A stretch of 58,047 nt of DNA, filler included, from Sphacelaria rigidula (GCA_964200075.2; 6 parts of 6 records of this genome joined end to end with filler, not necessarily neighbours in it); one strand, 5' to 3'. Positions 1-12,365 are shown, counted from the first letter of the whole stretch. Notes: generated from the sequence alone by a model not told the origin. Numbers and translations: made by a program.

Positions 1-47
1 AAATATGACAAATGGAACTCAGTCGACTGGAACATGACCAATAAATC

Positions 48-668
48 TGTAACATCCCCCTAGCCATATTTATATGGCTACACACAAATTTATTGGAGGG
101 CTGGAAGGGCCAGAACAAAAACAAAGCCGGTGCATCATACGCCTGAAAGTATAACGAGAAAACCCTGGTAAATTACAGTACAGGGGAAAACTCGTTGCAG
201 ATCCAATGAATAGGTAAACCCTGATAAGCTGGGGAAAACTCAATCCGTCAGGAAAGGAACAAAATCTATAACGCCCTTTCCAACGACAGAAACAACAGAC
301 AAGTACGGTCGCTGTTGTTTTCCCGGGATCTCAGTTAGACTGGAGAACGATCGGTTAGCTAGCGTGATCGCGCGTCGACATCCAGGATCAGTTATACTGG
401 ATTCTAGCGTAGCAAGGGGCTTAAACCTCGCTAAAAACAACCTTTCCGCGAACTGATCAATAGTTACAGGAGTGCAGCTTTTGAGGGGTGCTCTTCTGTA
501 ACTACCGACACCTATTCTACTGGAAATAGAGACCACGCGCCTTGGCTCATACGTGTGCCCGTATACTACCAAATGGGAAGCAATCGATAACAAAGCGGCA
601 CAAGAAAAAGACAAGGAACACTCGAAATTCATGACTGAAGCGTGCGGTAGCAGCAATATATAGTTACA
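48..668 (-). mobile_element. Probable 3' LTR (~620 bp) of a Ty3/Gypsy retrotransposon
   Basis: Bounded by the inverted hexamers TGTAAC (48-53) and GTTACA (663-668). On the minus strand it follows a short purine tract (AATAAGGGAATA) and lies downstream of the Gypsy pol remnant. No partner LTR was found. Confidence 0.55.
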
Positions 669-3340
669 TATTCCCTTATTTCACTAACGTATTCCTCTCG
701 CAGTGATATCGTATACCACATCACACAACAGCCATTCGTACACGTCCATGGCTGCAGTCTATCTTTGGCTCCTCCGTTCCAGCTTGGGGCGCTCAACTTC
801 CAAGCGAGATGGCTGTTCCTTTCTCCATCTTCGTATCGTACTCGCCGAAAGAAATTCCCATAATCATACACGTGGTGCTTCAGCTCGGCACTGCTGTAGC
901 CTTTCCAGGAGGTAGCACCTATGGCAAAAGCTTCAAGGCATCACTACGTGAGGAAGCGGGGTGCTTCGAGTACGATGGCGGGGTCGAAGAAACTGTGTGG
1001 TGATACAGGTGCAAAAGGCTCATGACGCGGTATGGGGCAATGGACTGTGGGAAAATATACGAGGAACTGTGATCAAAGGAAAGGTGTAGACGATGAAGAC
1101 GACAGAAATGTGCCAAAAGGGCGATGATGCTAGACAGGAGAATGTAATATTTCGATATTTTGCAAGGAGTCGCACCAGGATGTACGTTATCACCCTCTCT
1201 ACTCGAGGTATTCTTTGATGACCTGATACTAGCATTAGACATTGCAAATCAAGGGGTAAAGTTGCTGAAGAAATTGGAAGCAGTGCAGATAATGATAATG
1301 ATAATACTTTGATGCGGAAACGGTGCAAATGGCAGCTGGTGAAAGAATACTTGGATGCAATAAAATTAGTGAAGAAGTTGTGAACAGTACAGATTGCAAC
1401 AGCTCAGAGAATACTTGGGTGCAGTGAAGTTGGTGAAGGAGTTGGGAATAGTGCAGATTACAGCAGCTAGGGGAATTACTTGGATGCTCGAAACAAATGA
1501 GTACGCCCCCCCCCATTTTGAAGTCATTCCCTTTTCCCCACCCGTCAGTGCCTGAAACAACGTAGAGTTCTCGACAATCCAACATGGTGACAGATATAGG
1601 CAATGCAGTCCAACAAGACACAAATTCAGGGGTCAGGTGGAATGTGGGCGTGGCGTTCCAGTTTGGTCCCCCTCAAGGTGTGACACAAACACTTCGGGTA
1701 TGAGGTGTATGAGGTGTTTCGGATGGGGTGGGCGGATATGAAAGGAACTTCTTGCTATTGAGACAGCGGTGGTACGTGTGTAATTTTTACGGCCAGTCCA
1801 GAGCTCGAAGGGGAATGTGTCAGACGGTAGCATGGCGTCGGGTCGTCGGGTAGGGTACGATTGTGCAAGAGTGTGCGTGAAACGTACTCTCTCTGGGGCC
1901 AAGGTTTGTACAATTCTGTAACCTTTTCAGCAGCCGTCCCCCTAGGTTCTCGAATCCTGTGAAACTGTAGACATAATCATGGCAAAATAAAATAGACAAG
2001 GCATACTGAGTAAAAATATAATGATGAGGTACGTTGTACTAAATATACCGAGACAAAGCACAGAAATGACAAGAAACATGCCCTCACTCGCATGAATTGT
2101 ACATTGATGCTCATTGGGCGAGAGTCTAGTTCGTATGACATATCCTAGCTGAGCCACCATGAGACGACCGGATTGTGGTGGTGAAGTCTTGCTGCAGTTG
2201 TACGGCACAAGAGTTTGACAGCAAAAGGAGAGCGCGCGTTTACCTACATCGTGCAGCAATACTGTTGGCTTTCCTACTTATTTTGAATATCGGTGAGCAG
2301 GGCGAGTAGAATGCTACGCTCCTGGACAAACTGTCCAAGGTACCTGGTGGCTTTAGAAACGAACGTAGTTTTTCGATTGTATGGACGTGACGTCTGAGCA
2401 ATTGCGTTGCATTTGGAGGGGGCTGGTTGTATGCCGGTATTATCGATTAACAGGCTAAGGAACCTGTGAGACCCTGCAGTAAAGATATATTTGGCGAACT
2501 TGGCGAATTTTACTGAACATAAAATCGTGTAGTCGACAAACTTTGCCGGGGAAAGTTGGGTGAGCAACACCTCGGTCAACAAGCTTGTGCATTTCTTTTC
2601 TGATCATGCGGCGTTCTCATGGTGAGAGGCCGCGTTGTTTTGTGGCAAAGGGTATGCACGCGAGACAACAACCAGCAAAAATATGGAACTCGTGCTTCGC
2701 CCCCCCCAAGGGGGTTCAGCGACCACATCGGCGTAATGAGTGTCTGAAAATCATATGTAGGGTCTGTATGAAATGTCAAAGACACGGTATGTAGTCGCGC
2801 AGTCACCTTGCATGGTACGCTAGACATGAAGGGCAAAAAGATAAAGCAGGGCAACGAAGTCTGCGTACTGCACAAGTAATGACAAGACATTGCACGGAAA
2901 TATTTGTGGTTGCATGGTATCAAAAGCCAAGTTTAAAGCACCTGAACAAAGTAGTATCCAACTACGTTATCAGGAAGGGACAAGGTAGTAGTCAACTACG
3001 GTACAGGGTGCGTCAAGAAGTCATCCTGTTGAATAGCAAACTTATACAATCGATCACCAGAGTGGTATAGAAATGGAGATCATGTCAAGTGACACCAAGG
3101 CAATAACCCTGCCACCAGAATCCTATAAAAAGGTACACGGGACCAGCTATACCAAGCCAGATTGCTGACACTCCACGCCGGAACATACCGTCATGAGCAA
3201 ACCGTTCATTGCTTCCTGCGTGTCATCCTCAAAGCAATCATGTTCAGCGCCGGTCCCCTCATCGGGATGTGACATACCCAAGGCAAGAGTGTAGGTGAAG
3301 CAAGGGAGGAAGTAATAGAGGGCACGGTTAGTATGCATTG
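669..3340 (-). mobile_element. Decayed Ty3/Gypsy pol remnant (RT thumb/connection and integrase traces)
   Basis: ORF 2274-2582 (-) reads AKYIF..HRFLSLLIDNTGIQPAPSKCNAIAQTSRPYN..TRYLGQFV..SILLALLTD, matching the Gypsy RT pattern KC.F...FLG..I...GI.P.P.K..AI...P.P.N..YL..F...S...PLT. ORF 1633-1902 has an integrase-like PFELWTGRK. Many stops and frameshifts; outer limit approximate. Confidence 0.65.
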
Positions 3341-4154
3341 AAAGTCTTGGAGTCAGTGAAAATATGGCTCGGTTTTATACCACGTGACGCAGATCGGAAT
3401 GTCATGTGCCGGGCGGTAAATTCGGCGTTTCGGCCTTACGAACCAGATAGATGAAAAGATTACAAGCGGAATCCTGCTCAAGCATGATGAGTACAGGCAG
3501 CGCAACAGACAGGGCCCTGCAGGTAGCCTTCACCCGCACGGTCAAAGAGAACCGTCGCGAGCGCCAAACACAATACAAAATTACCAGAACGTGAAATGAA
3601 AAATAGTGCAGCTCGAAAGAGCAAGACGACGGCGGCGCAAAATTATAAAAGCACTCACAATACAATCGAGGAGCTCAAAAGACAGTTATGGTAGACACGG
3701 CACCCGGAGGTGCAGACAATATGAGTATGTAAGATGAAAGAAAAACAAGCAAGATCGAAATAAAATTGAAGCTTTACTGCATGTGCATTCCACAAATCCC
3801 CATGGCCACAATAAAAATGCAACCCCTTAAACAAAATACATACTGATCATGGTGGGTTGATTGTCCCACTCGCAGCTGATTGAAAAGTACCCCGTGAAGT
3901 CCCGAAAAGGTCGCAAATACCATATCGGTCGGTTACATGCCATTTGGAGTTGATTGCGAAAGTCTTCCGACCCGTGCGACCTGTTCGTTTGTGTCTCCGC
4001 TATAATCGGAATTATGGGGACCAGAAATACTCGGGGTGTTATGCCAGAAACAATTCCGAAAAAAAAGGGCCGCAAGGGACGGTTGATCTGTTTCTCCGTT
4101 CCTGACGCGTACGAGTTGATGCTGCAAGTAAGCGCTTTTTTTTAATTTTATTTC

Positions 4155-7100
4155 ACGTCTGCATCCGGGCTGCGTTATGGTAGGTAATTCAAGAAGGAGG
4201 GATAGCTTCTCTTTCTCATGTCTATGTCGGGGCTGTGCTGCCCCCGGTCGAATTAGAAAGGGGCGTTAGCTTCTCCATTTCATGTCTACTTTCGGGCTAT
4301 GTTACAGTAGGTGAAATGAACAGGGGAGTGCACCTCTTGATATCATGTCTACGTCCGGACTGTGTCATGTTAGGTCAAACCAACAGGTGGACCACCTGTT
4401 CTACTTCATGTTCATGCCGGGCTGTGGTATCGTAGGTTCAAGAACAAGGAGGGGTATCTGTTTCATTCCATGTTTTCGATGGGGCTGCGCGATAGTAGGT
4501 TGAATTCAAAGGAGGATTAGGTTAGTAGGTTGAAAAAAAAAGAGGGTGAGCTTTTCTGTTCCATGCTTATGACCGGGCTGTTTTATGATAGGTCATACAA
4601 AGAGGAGGGTTGGCTGCTGTATTATATGTGAATGTGAGCATTTGGTTTTTCATTCCATGTCTATGTCCGGGCAGTGTTATGGTATGTGATATAGGAAGAA
4701 GAGTTAGCTTCTCTATTTCCTGTCTGCATGCGGGCTGTGTTATGGTAGGGTATATGAACAGGAGGGTTAACTCGTGTGTTCTATGTTGATGTCTGGACTG
4801 TGTTATGGTAGGTGAAATGAGGAGGAGCTTAGGTTGTTCATTCCATGTCCATGTCTGCGCTTCGTCATGGCTGGTCAAGGGAGAAAGAGGGTTAGCTTTT
4901 CCATTTCATATCTGCATCCGGGCTGTGTTATGGTAGGTTATCTGAAGAGGAGGGATAGCTTCTTTATTCCATGTCAATGCAGGGGCTGCGTGGGAGTAGG
5001 TTGAAGAAAGTAGAGGGTGAGCTTCTCCGTTCCATGCTCATGTCCGGGCTGTGTTATGATCGGTTATATGAAAAGGAGGGTGGGCTGCTGTATTCTATGT
5101 GAATGTGAGCATTTGGTTTTTCATTTCATGTCTATGTCCGGGCAGTGTTATAGTATGTGATATAGGAAGAAGAGTTAGCTTCTCTATTTCCTGTCTGCAT
5201 CCGGGCTGTGTTATGGTAGTGTACATGAAAAGGAGGGTTAGCTCGTGTGTTTTGTGTTGATGTCTGGACTGTGTTATGGTAGGTGAAATGAACAGGAGGC
5301 TTAGCTTGTTCATTCCATGTCCATGTCTGCGCTTCGTCATGGCTGGTCAAGGGAGAAAGAGGGTTAGCTTTTCCATTTCATATCTGCATCCGGGCTGTGC
5401 TATGGTAGGATATCTGAAGAGGAGGGATAGCTTCTTTATTCCATGTCAATGTAGGGGCTGCGTGGGAGCAGGTTGAAGAAAGTAGAGGGTGAGCTTCTCT
5501 GTTCCATGCTCATGTCCGGGCTGTGTTATGATAGGTTATATGAAGAGGAGGGTGGACTGCTGTATCCTATGTGAATGTGAGCATTAGGTTTTTCATCTCA
5601 TGTCTTTGTCCGGGCAGTGTTATAGTATGTGATATAGGAAGAAGGGTTAGCTTGTCTATTTCCTGTCTGCATCCGGGCTGTGTTATGGTAGTGTACATGA
5701 AAAGGAGGGTTAGCTCGTGTGTTTTGTGTTGTTGTCTGGACTGCGTTATGGTAGGTGAAATGAACTGGAGGGTTAGCTTGTTCATTCCATGTTCATGTCT
5801 GCGCTTCGTCATGGCAGGTCAGAGAGAAAAGATGGTTAGCTTCTTCATTTCACGTCTGCGTCCGGGCTGTGTTATGGTAGGTAATTCAAGAAGGAGGGAT
5901 AGCTTCTCTTTCTCATGTCTATGTCGGGGCTGTGCTGCCCCCGGTCGAATCAGAATGGGGCGTCAGCTTCTCGATTCAATGTCGACTTTCTGGCTATGTT
6001 ACAGTAGGTGAAATGAACAGGGGAGTGTACCTCTTGATATCATGTCTACGTCCGGACTGTGTCATGTTAGGTCAAACAAACAGGTGGGCCAGCTTTTCTA
6101 CTTCATGTTCATGTCCGGGCTGTGGTATCGTAGGTTAAAGAACGAGGAGGGGTATCTGTTTCATCCCATGTCTTGGGTGGCGCGTCGCGATAATAGGTTG
6201 AACACAAAGGAGGATTAGGTTTTTCATTGCATGTCTATGTTCGGGCAGTGTTATAGTATGTGATAAAGGAAGAAGAGTTCGCTTCTCTATTCCATGTCTG
6301 TGTCCGGGCTTCGGTATGGTAGGGTATATGAAAAGGAGGGTTAGCTCTTGAGTTTTATGTTGATGTCTGGACTGTGTTATGGTAGGTTTAAGGAACAGGA
6401 GGGTTAGGTTGTTCATTTCATGTTCATGTCTGCGGTTTGTCATGGCTGGTCAAGGGAAAGAGAGGGTTAGCTTCTCCATTTCATGTCTGCATCCGGACTG
6501 TGTGATGATAGGTTATATGAAAAGGAGGGTTGGCTGCCGTATTCTATGTGAATGTGAGGATTATTTTTTTCATTTTATATCTTCTTCCGGGCAGTGTTAT
6601 GGTATGTGATATAGAAAGAAGGGTTAGCTTCTTTCTTCCATGTCTGTGTCCGTGCTTCGTGATGGTAGGGTATATGAAAAGGAGGGTTAGCTCTTGTGTT
6701 CTATATTAATGTCTGGACTGTGTTATGGTAGGTGAAATGAACAGGAGGCTTAGCGTGTTCATTTCATGCTCATGTTTGCGCTTCGTCATGGCAGGTCAAG
6801 GGAAAATAGAGGTTAGCTTCTCCATTTCATGTCTTTATCCGGGCTGGGTTATGGTAGGTTATCTGAAGAGGAGGGGTAGCTCTTTTATTCCATGTCAATG
6901 TAGGGGCTGCGTGGGAGTAGGTTGAAAAAAGGTGTGGATGAGCTTCTTTGTTTCATGCTCATGTCCGGGCTGTGTTATGATCGGTTATATGAAGAGGAGG
7001 GTGGGCTGCTGTATCCTATGTGAATGGGAGGATGAGGTTTTTCATTTCATGTCCATGTCCGGGCAGTGTTATTGTATGTTATATAGGAAGAAGAGTTAGC

Positions 7101-9593
7101 TTCTCTATTTTATGTCTGCATCCGGGCTGTGGTATGGTAGTGTATATGGAAAGGAGGGTAAGCTCTTGTCTTCCATCTTGATGTCTGGACTATGATGTGT
7201 TAGGTGCAATGAACTGGAGGGTTAGCTTGTTCATTCCATGTTCATGTCTGTGCTTCGTCATGGGAGGGAAAAAAAACAGATGGTTAGCTTCTTCTTGTCA
7301 CGTCTGCGTCCGGGCTGTGTTATGGTAGGTAATTCAAGAAGGAGGGATAGCTCCTCTTTTTCATTTCTATGTCGGGGCTGTGCTGCCCCGGGTCGAATCA
7401 GAATGGGGTGTCAGCTTCTTTATGTCATGTCTACTCTCGGGCAGTGTTACAGTAGGTGAAATGAACAGGGGAGTGTACCTCTTGATATCATGTCTACGTC
7501 CGGACTGTGTCATGTTGAGTCAAACAAACAGGTGGGCCAGCTTTTCTACTTCATGTTCATGTCCGGGCTGTGGTATCGTAGGTTAAAGAACAAGGATGGG
7601 TAGCTATTTCATCCCATGTCTACGGTGGGGCATCGCGATAATAGGTTGAACACAAACAAGGGTTAGGATTCTCATTCCATGTCCATGTCCGGGCAGTGTT
7701 ATAGTATGTGATAAAGGAAGAAGAGTTAGCTTCTCTATTCCATGTCTTCGTCCGGGCTTCGGTATGGTAGGGTATATGAAAAGGAGGGTTAGCTCTTGTG
7801 TTCTGTCTTGATGTCTGGACTGTGTTATGGTAGGTTTAAGGAACATGAGGGTTAGGTTGTTCATTTCATGTTCATGTCTGCGCTTCGTCATGGCTGGTCA
7901 AAGAAAAGAGAGGGTTAGCTTCTCCATTTCATGTCTGTATCCGGACTGTGTTATGATAGGTTATATGAAGAGGAGGGTTGGCTGCCGCATATCTTGTGAA
8001 TGTGAGGATTAGGTTTATCATTTCATGTCTGCGTTCGGGCAGTGTTATGGTATGTGATATAGGAAGAAGAGTTAGCTCCTCTCTTTCATGTCTGTGTCCG
8101 TGCCTCGTGATGGTAGGGTATATGAAAAGGAGGGATAGCTCGTGTGATCTGTCTTGATGTCTGGACTGTGTCATGGTAGGTGCAATGAACAGGAGGGTTA
8201 GCTTGTTCATTCCATGTTCATGTCTGCGCTTCGTCATGGCTGGTCAAAGAAGAGAGAGGGTGAGCTTTTCCATTTCATGTCTGCATCCGGACTGTGTTAT
8301 GATAGGTCATATGAAGAGGACGGTTGGCTGCTGTATTCTATCTTTATGTGAGGATTAGGTTTTACATTTCATGTCTTTGTCCGGGTAGTGTTATGGTGTG
8401 TAATATTGGAAGAAGAGTTAGCTTCTCTTTTCCATGTCTGCATCCGGGCTCTGTCATGGTAGGGTATATGACAAGGAGGGATAGCTCGTGTGTTCTCTGT
8501 TGATGTCTGGACTGCGTTATGGTAGGTGAAATGAACATGAGGGTTAGCTTGTTCATTTCATGTTCACGTCTGCGCTTCGTCATGGCTGGTCAAAGAAGAG
8601 AGAGGGTTAGCTTTTTCATTTCATGTCTGCATCCGGACTGTGTTATGATAGGTTATATGAAGAGGGGGGTTGACTGCTGTATTCTATGGGAATGTGAGGA
8701 TTAGGTTTTGCATTTCATGTCTTTGTCCGGGTAGTGTTATGGTATGTGATATAGGAAGAAGGGTGAGCTTCTTTATCGCATGTCTGTGTCCCTGCTTCGT
8801 GATGGTAGGGTATATGAAAAGAAGGGTGAGCTCGTGTGTTGTGTCTTGATGTCTGGACTGTGTCATGGTAGTTGAAAGGAACAGGAGGGTTAGCTTGTTC
8901 ATTCCATGTTCATGTCTACGCTTCGTCATGGCTGGTCAAAGAAGAGAGAGGGTTAGCTTTTCCATTTCATGTCTGCATCCGGACTGTGTTATGATGGGTT
9001 ATATGTAGAGGGGGGTTGACAGCTGTATTCTATGGGAATGTGAGGATTAGGTTCTACATTTCATGTCTTTGTCCGGGTAGTGTTATGGTATGTGATATAG
9101 GAAGAAGAGTGAGCTTCTTTATCCCATGTCTGCATCCGGGCTGTGTTATGGTAGGGTATATGACAAGGAGGGTGAGCTCGTGTGTTCTCTGTTCATGTCT
9201 GGACTGTGTCATGGTAGGTGAAAGGAACAGGAGGGTTAGCGTGTTCATTCCATGTTCACGTGTGCGCTCCGTCATGGCTAGTCAAAGAAGAGAGAGGGTG
9301 AGCTTTTCCATTTCATGTCTGCATCCAGACTGTGTTATGATAGGTTATATGTAGAGGGGGGTTGACCGCTGTATTCTATGAATATGTGAGGATTAGGTTC
9401 TACATTTCATGTCTTTGTCCGGGTAGTGTTATGGTATGTGATAGAGGAAGAAGGGTGAGCTTCTCTTTCCCATGTCTGCATCCGGGCTGTGTTATGGTAG
9501 GGTATATGACAAGGAGGGTGAGCTCGTGTGTTCTGTCTTGATGTCTGGACTGTGTCATGGTAGGTGAAAGGAACAGGAGGGTTAGCTTGTTCA
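4155..9593. repeat. Higher-order tandem satellite: 63-bp monomers plus a 31-bp half-unit; HORs of 346, 472 and ~630 bp; runs off the contig end
   Basis: The anchor motif TTAGCT (or variant) recurs at 5175, 5238, 5301, 5364, 5427, 5490, 5553 (63-bp steps), then 5584 (31-bp step). The ORF track recurs at 346-bp (7827/8173/8519), 472-bp (5340/5812) and 1448-bp (5932/7380, 6379/7827) offsets. Confidence 0.95.
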
Positions 9594-9693
9594 NNNNNNN
9601 NNNNNNNNNNNNNNNNNNNNNNNNNNNNNNNNNNNNNTTAATTAATTAANNNNNNNNNNNNNNNNNNNNNNNNNNNNNNNNNNNNNNNNNNNN
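9594..9693. other. Artificial contig linker
   Basis: 100 bp of N around TTAATTAATTAA (stop codons in all six frames). Confidence 0.98.
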
Positions 9694-9726
9694 GTGTGGT
9701 GAGAGCGTTCATCCGACGGTATATAG

Positions 9727-10075
9727 TGTGTGTTGTCGTCTCATCTATTCTGGGCGTCGGTCTACACTTTTCGGTATATGTGGGCGCACCAGCCGGGGTC
9801 ACACAGGAGGAAGGTCAACACGGGAGCTTTTTCTTTTTTTATTTGATTTCAATACCCTACCTTCCTTCTGCGGTGCTTGCCTCTATTTCTTTTATCGCGA
9901 GAGGGATTCAGCAGTCCCTTTCCCTCGTCGACCGTCAAGTCGAATTTTGTGTACCCATGACATACTCGCTCTTCACTGTCGGGCATGAGAAAAATCCCAG
10001 ATCGCTCCGAGAATTGAACTCACCACCCAGCCGTCAGAAGGTTTCGAAGTTACCAACTGAGCCACCGGGGCGACC
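9727..10075 (-). mobile_element. tRNA-derived SINE
   Basis: The minus-strand 5' end GGTCGCCCCGGTGGCTCAGTTGGTAAC...GTGAGTTCAATTCTC has a Pol III A box (TGGCTCAGTTGG) and B box (GAGTTCAATTC), then a ~280-bp body ending in a (CA)n tail. The same tail end recurs at ~20525-20570. Confidence 0.75.
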
Positions 10076-11520
10076 ATATAGAGTATTCGTGAATGAACAT
10101 CAAAGTACAGGGAGATAAATGGACGCCTTGATTTTCAACGTTGCTGCGAGGGAGCCCTGAAGCAGTTGGAAATCTAGCGCGTTCTTCACGCAAGCATCGC
10201 TACATTGAGCAGTGGGATTATTTCCCTTTTTCTCCTGTTTTTTACTGATTCCCCCCCTTGGTCGTATGACTGCGTCTCTATACGGCTGAATCGCAACCTG
10301 TTACCATAGCCTTGCTTCTTGGTCGCCCTCCATACCTGGAGCCCTGGTTGGGACCAGTCAGGGGTTTCCCTCAAACCAGTACTAGTTATTGGTTTGGTCA
10401 CTGCTCTTTCAAACAATTATTTACTCCTTTCCTTCCCGTTTCCTCCCTTTTTTCTTGAGGTTCTTCGTGCGAGAATTTGCGTTTCTTCCCGTTTGGATAG
10501 AATACTACTGTCTGTATATCCCGTGGCCCCGGCTGGATCCGTGGCGGATTATTTGGTACACGACGATTAAATCACGTATAATTGTTTTCATTATCCCGTA
10601 GCACGGTGCATTTGTATCACCCATACATTGGATACCATCCGCCCTGAATACCCCCCTGGGGTGATGACGGGCCAGATTTTGGCGCTATACGGGGACGTAC
10701 GGTACTGTACGGGCGTACGTTGGATATCATTCCCTGGATGCCGGGATCCAAAATCTCATTTCGCGGAGGTGGTATGCTCCGTAACGTATTGTTGTCTCAT
10801 AGATTTATGACTCGGCAGAGAGTTCCCGACGGCCGGAAGTGCGATGGCACCTTGATGCGTACAGCACCTTGTGGCTCCACATGGTGGGTGCAGCAGCACA
10901 ATTCCACTTGACGATGTATACTCTTTTTTCATTGAGCTTTTTTTTTCTTGCTGGGTACTCGATACCGTCTCATACTACTTTTTTTTTTTCCGCCAAGTCT
11001 GAGGGAAGAGATATGAATGAATTTTGTTTGTCACTTCGCGAGTTGAACCACCAACCGATCTCTCCATGGGTTGGTTTCTTTAATGGACATCTGTTTGCTA
11101 GCACACGCATGTATGTGTATATTATTAGACGATGTGTTCGGACACAATTGTACAGTTTTGTCATGTGTGGATGATGACACGGAGTGCGATAACATGGACC
11201 CTCCACGAATCTAGCGGTGGTGGCAAAAGTAGACGGACCAATCATAAATAACAGTGATTTGATTGCCAACCTTCTATTTTGATGGCCAACCCTCTATTCT
11301 GATTTATTACTTGATTTATTGCTTGATTGTTGCACTTTAACTGACCCCGCACTGGTACAGCCGTGGTCGCATGATAGACGCACCCAAGACAAAACAAACT
11401 TGAAGCACTCGCTGAAGAAAAAGAAGGAACAGAAAAAAGTCGAACAGAACGACGAAGTAGACCGCGACGTGAAAAAAACTGCATGTGAGGGAGTTTGTGT
11501 TACACATGTTTTTACAACGC

Positions 11521-12145
11521 GGGGTCCTGTAAAATGGAAACGGAACTCTTCCATGAGAACTCACTCACGTCGAAATTGCAAAAGCAAAGGCGAAATGATA
11601 CCCGTCGAAGGTGTCTTCGAGGAGATTTGACCATCCCTGACAGTGCACTGGCTGAGGTCAAAGGCAGGCAAGCGGGTATGGAGTGCACCTTCAAAATTCA
11701 GGATAGCGAGATGGAACATGAACCGCACCCACCACCACTGTCACAGACAGCTTGATCAATATGCCCGTGAAAAACAACGTGCGACATCCTTCACATCTGT
11801 CATCCTTACTACAAGGCGCCAGTTACGAAGTAGCAGCGCTTGGCAGCGCAGACGGGACGTTTCCCTGCCGTCGCCTTACGAGTACTGTGTGTTGATCGTG
11901 AAGTGTTAACAGCTGTGACGGTGGTGGCGGTAATAGGTGCTGTTCGTGTTCCTCCTCGCTATCCTGAGTTTTGAAGGTGACATTCATACTCGTTTGCATC
12001 TGACCTCAGCCAGTGCACTCACTGTCAACGATGGTCAAATCACCTCAAAGACACCTTCGACGGCTACTCTTTGGCCTTCGTTTTTGCAATTTCGACGCGA
12101 CTGAGTTCTCACGGGAAACATCCCGTTCCTATTTTGGAGGATCCC
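11521..12145. mobile_element. Foldback/MITE with ~240-bp imperfect inverted arms
   Basis: 11521-11760 is the reverse complement of ~11890-12145 (e.g. GATTTGACCATC/GATGGTCAAATC, AGTGCACTGGCTGAGGTCA/TGACCTCAGCCAGTGCACT, CAGGATAGCGAG/CTCGCTATCCTG). Confidence 0.85.
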
Positions 12146-12298
12146 GTATGATACCGTACACCTCTAAATTCCGCAAAGCCACTACTGTATATCTCTGGTG
12201 CAGACGTTACATGGATTCTTGTCTCCGTATTCTGCTTGATGCGATGTTAGCTCCCCCCCCTCAATATGTGTTTATTTCCCGCATCCCTTGTTCACCAG

Positions 12299-12365
12299 GG
12301 AGATGGCCAAGCGCGTTCAGATACCCCTACGGCTGGCGTGGGCTCTCAGCGTACATAAGGCCCAG
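12299..12365 (+). CDS. PIF1: Pif1-family DNA helicase, internal exon (EMAKRVQIPLRLAWALSVHKAQ)
   Basis: AG acceptor at 12297-98 and GT donor at 12366. The peptide matches the Pif1/RecD-type Q.PL.LAWA.SxHK.QG motif. Confidence 0.9.

Noticed and set aside
5571-6011. EsV-1-7-type Cys-rich repeat protein (CLHPGC)
   Set aside because: Only the CxHPGC hexapeptide resembles it; the 21-aa period and the missing downstream C..H do not fit.
4155-9593. CRISPR array or intact repeat-protein gene
   Set aside because: No unique spacers; whole monomers recur in higher-order periods; stops and a frame-shifting 31-bp unit recur; no cas genes.
10005-10075. Functional tRNA gene (also 52120-52260)
   Set aside because: Pol III boxes are present, but I could not fold a proper cloverleaf and the sequence continues into a repeat body.
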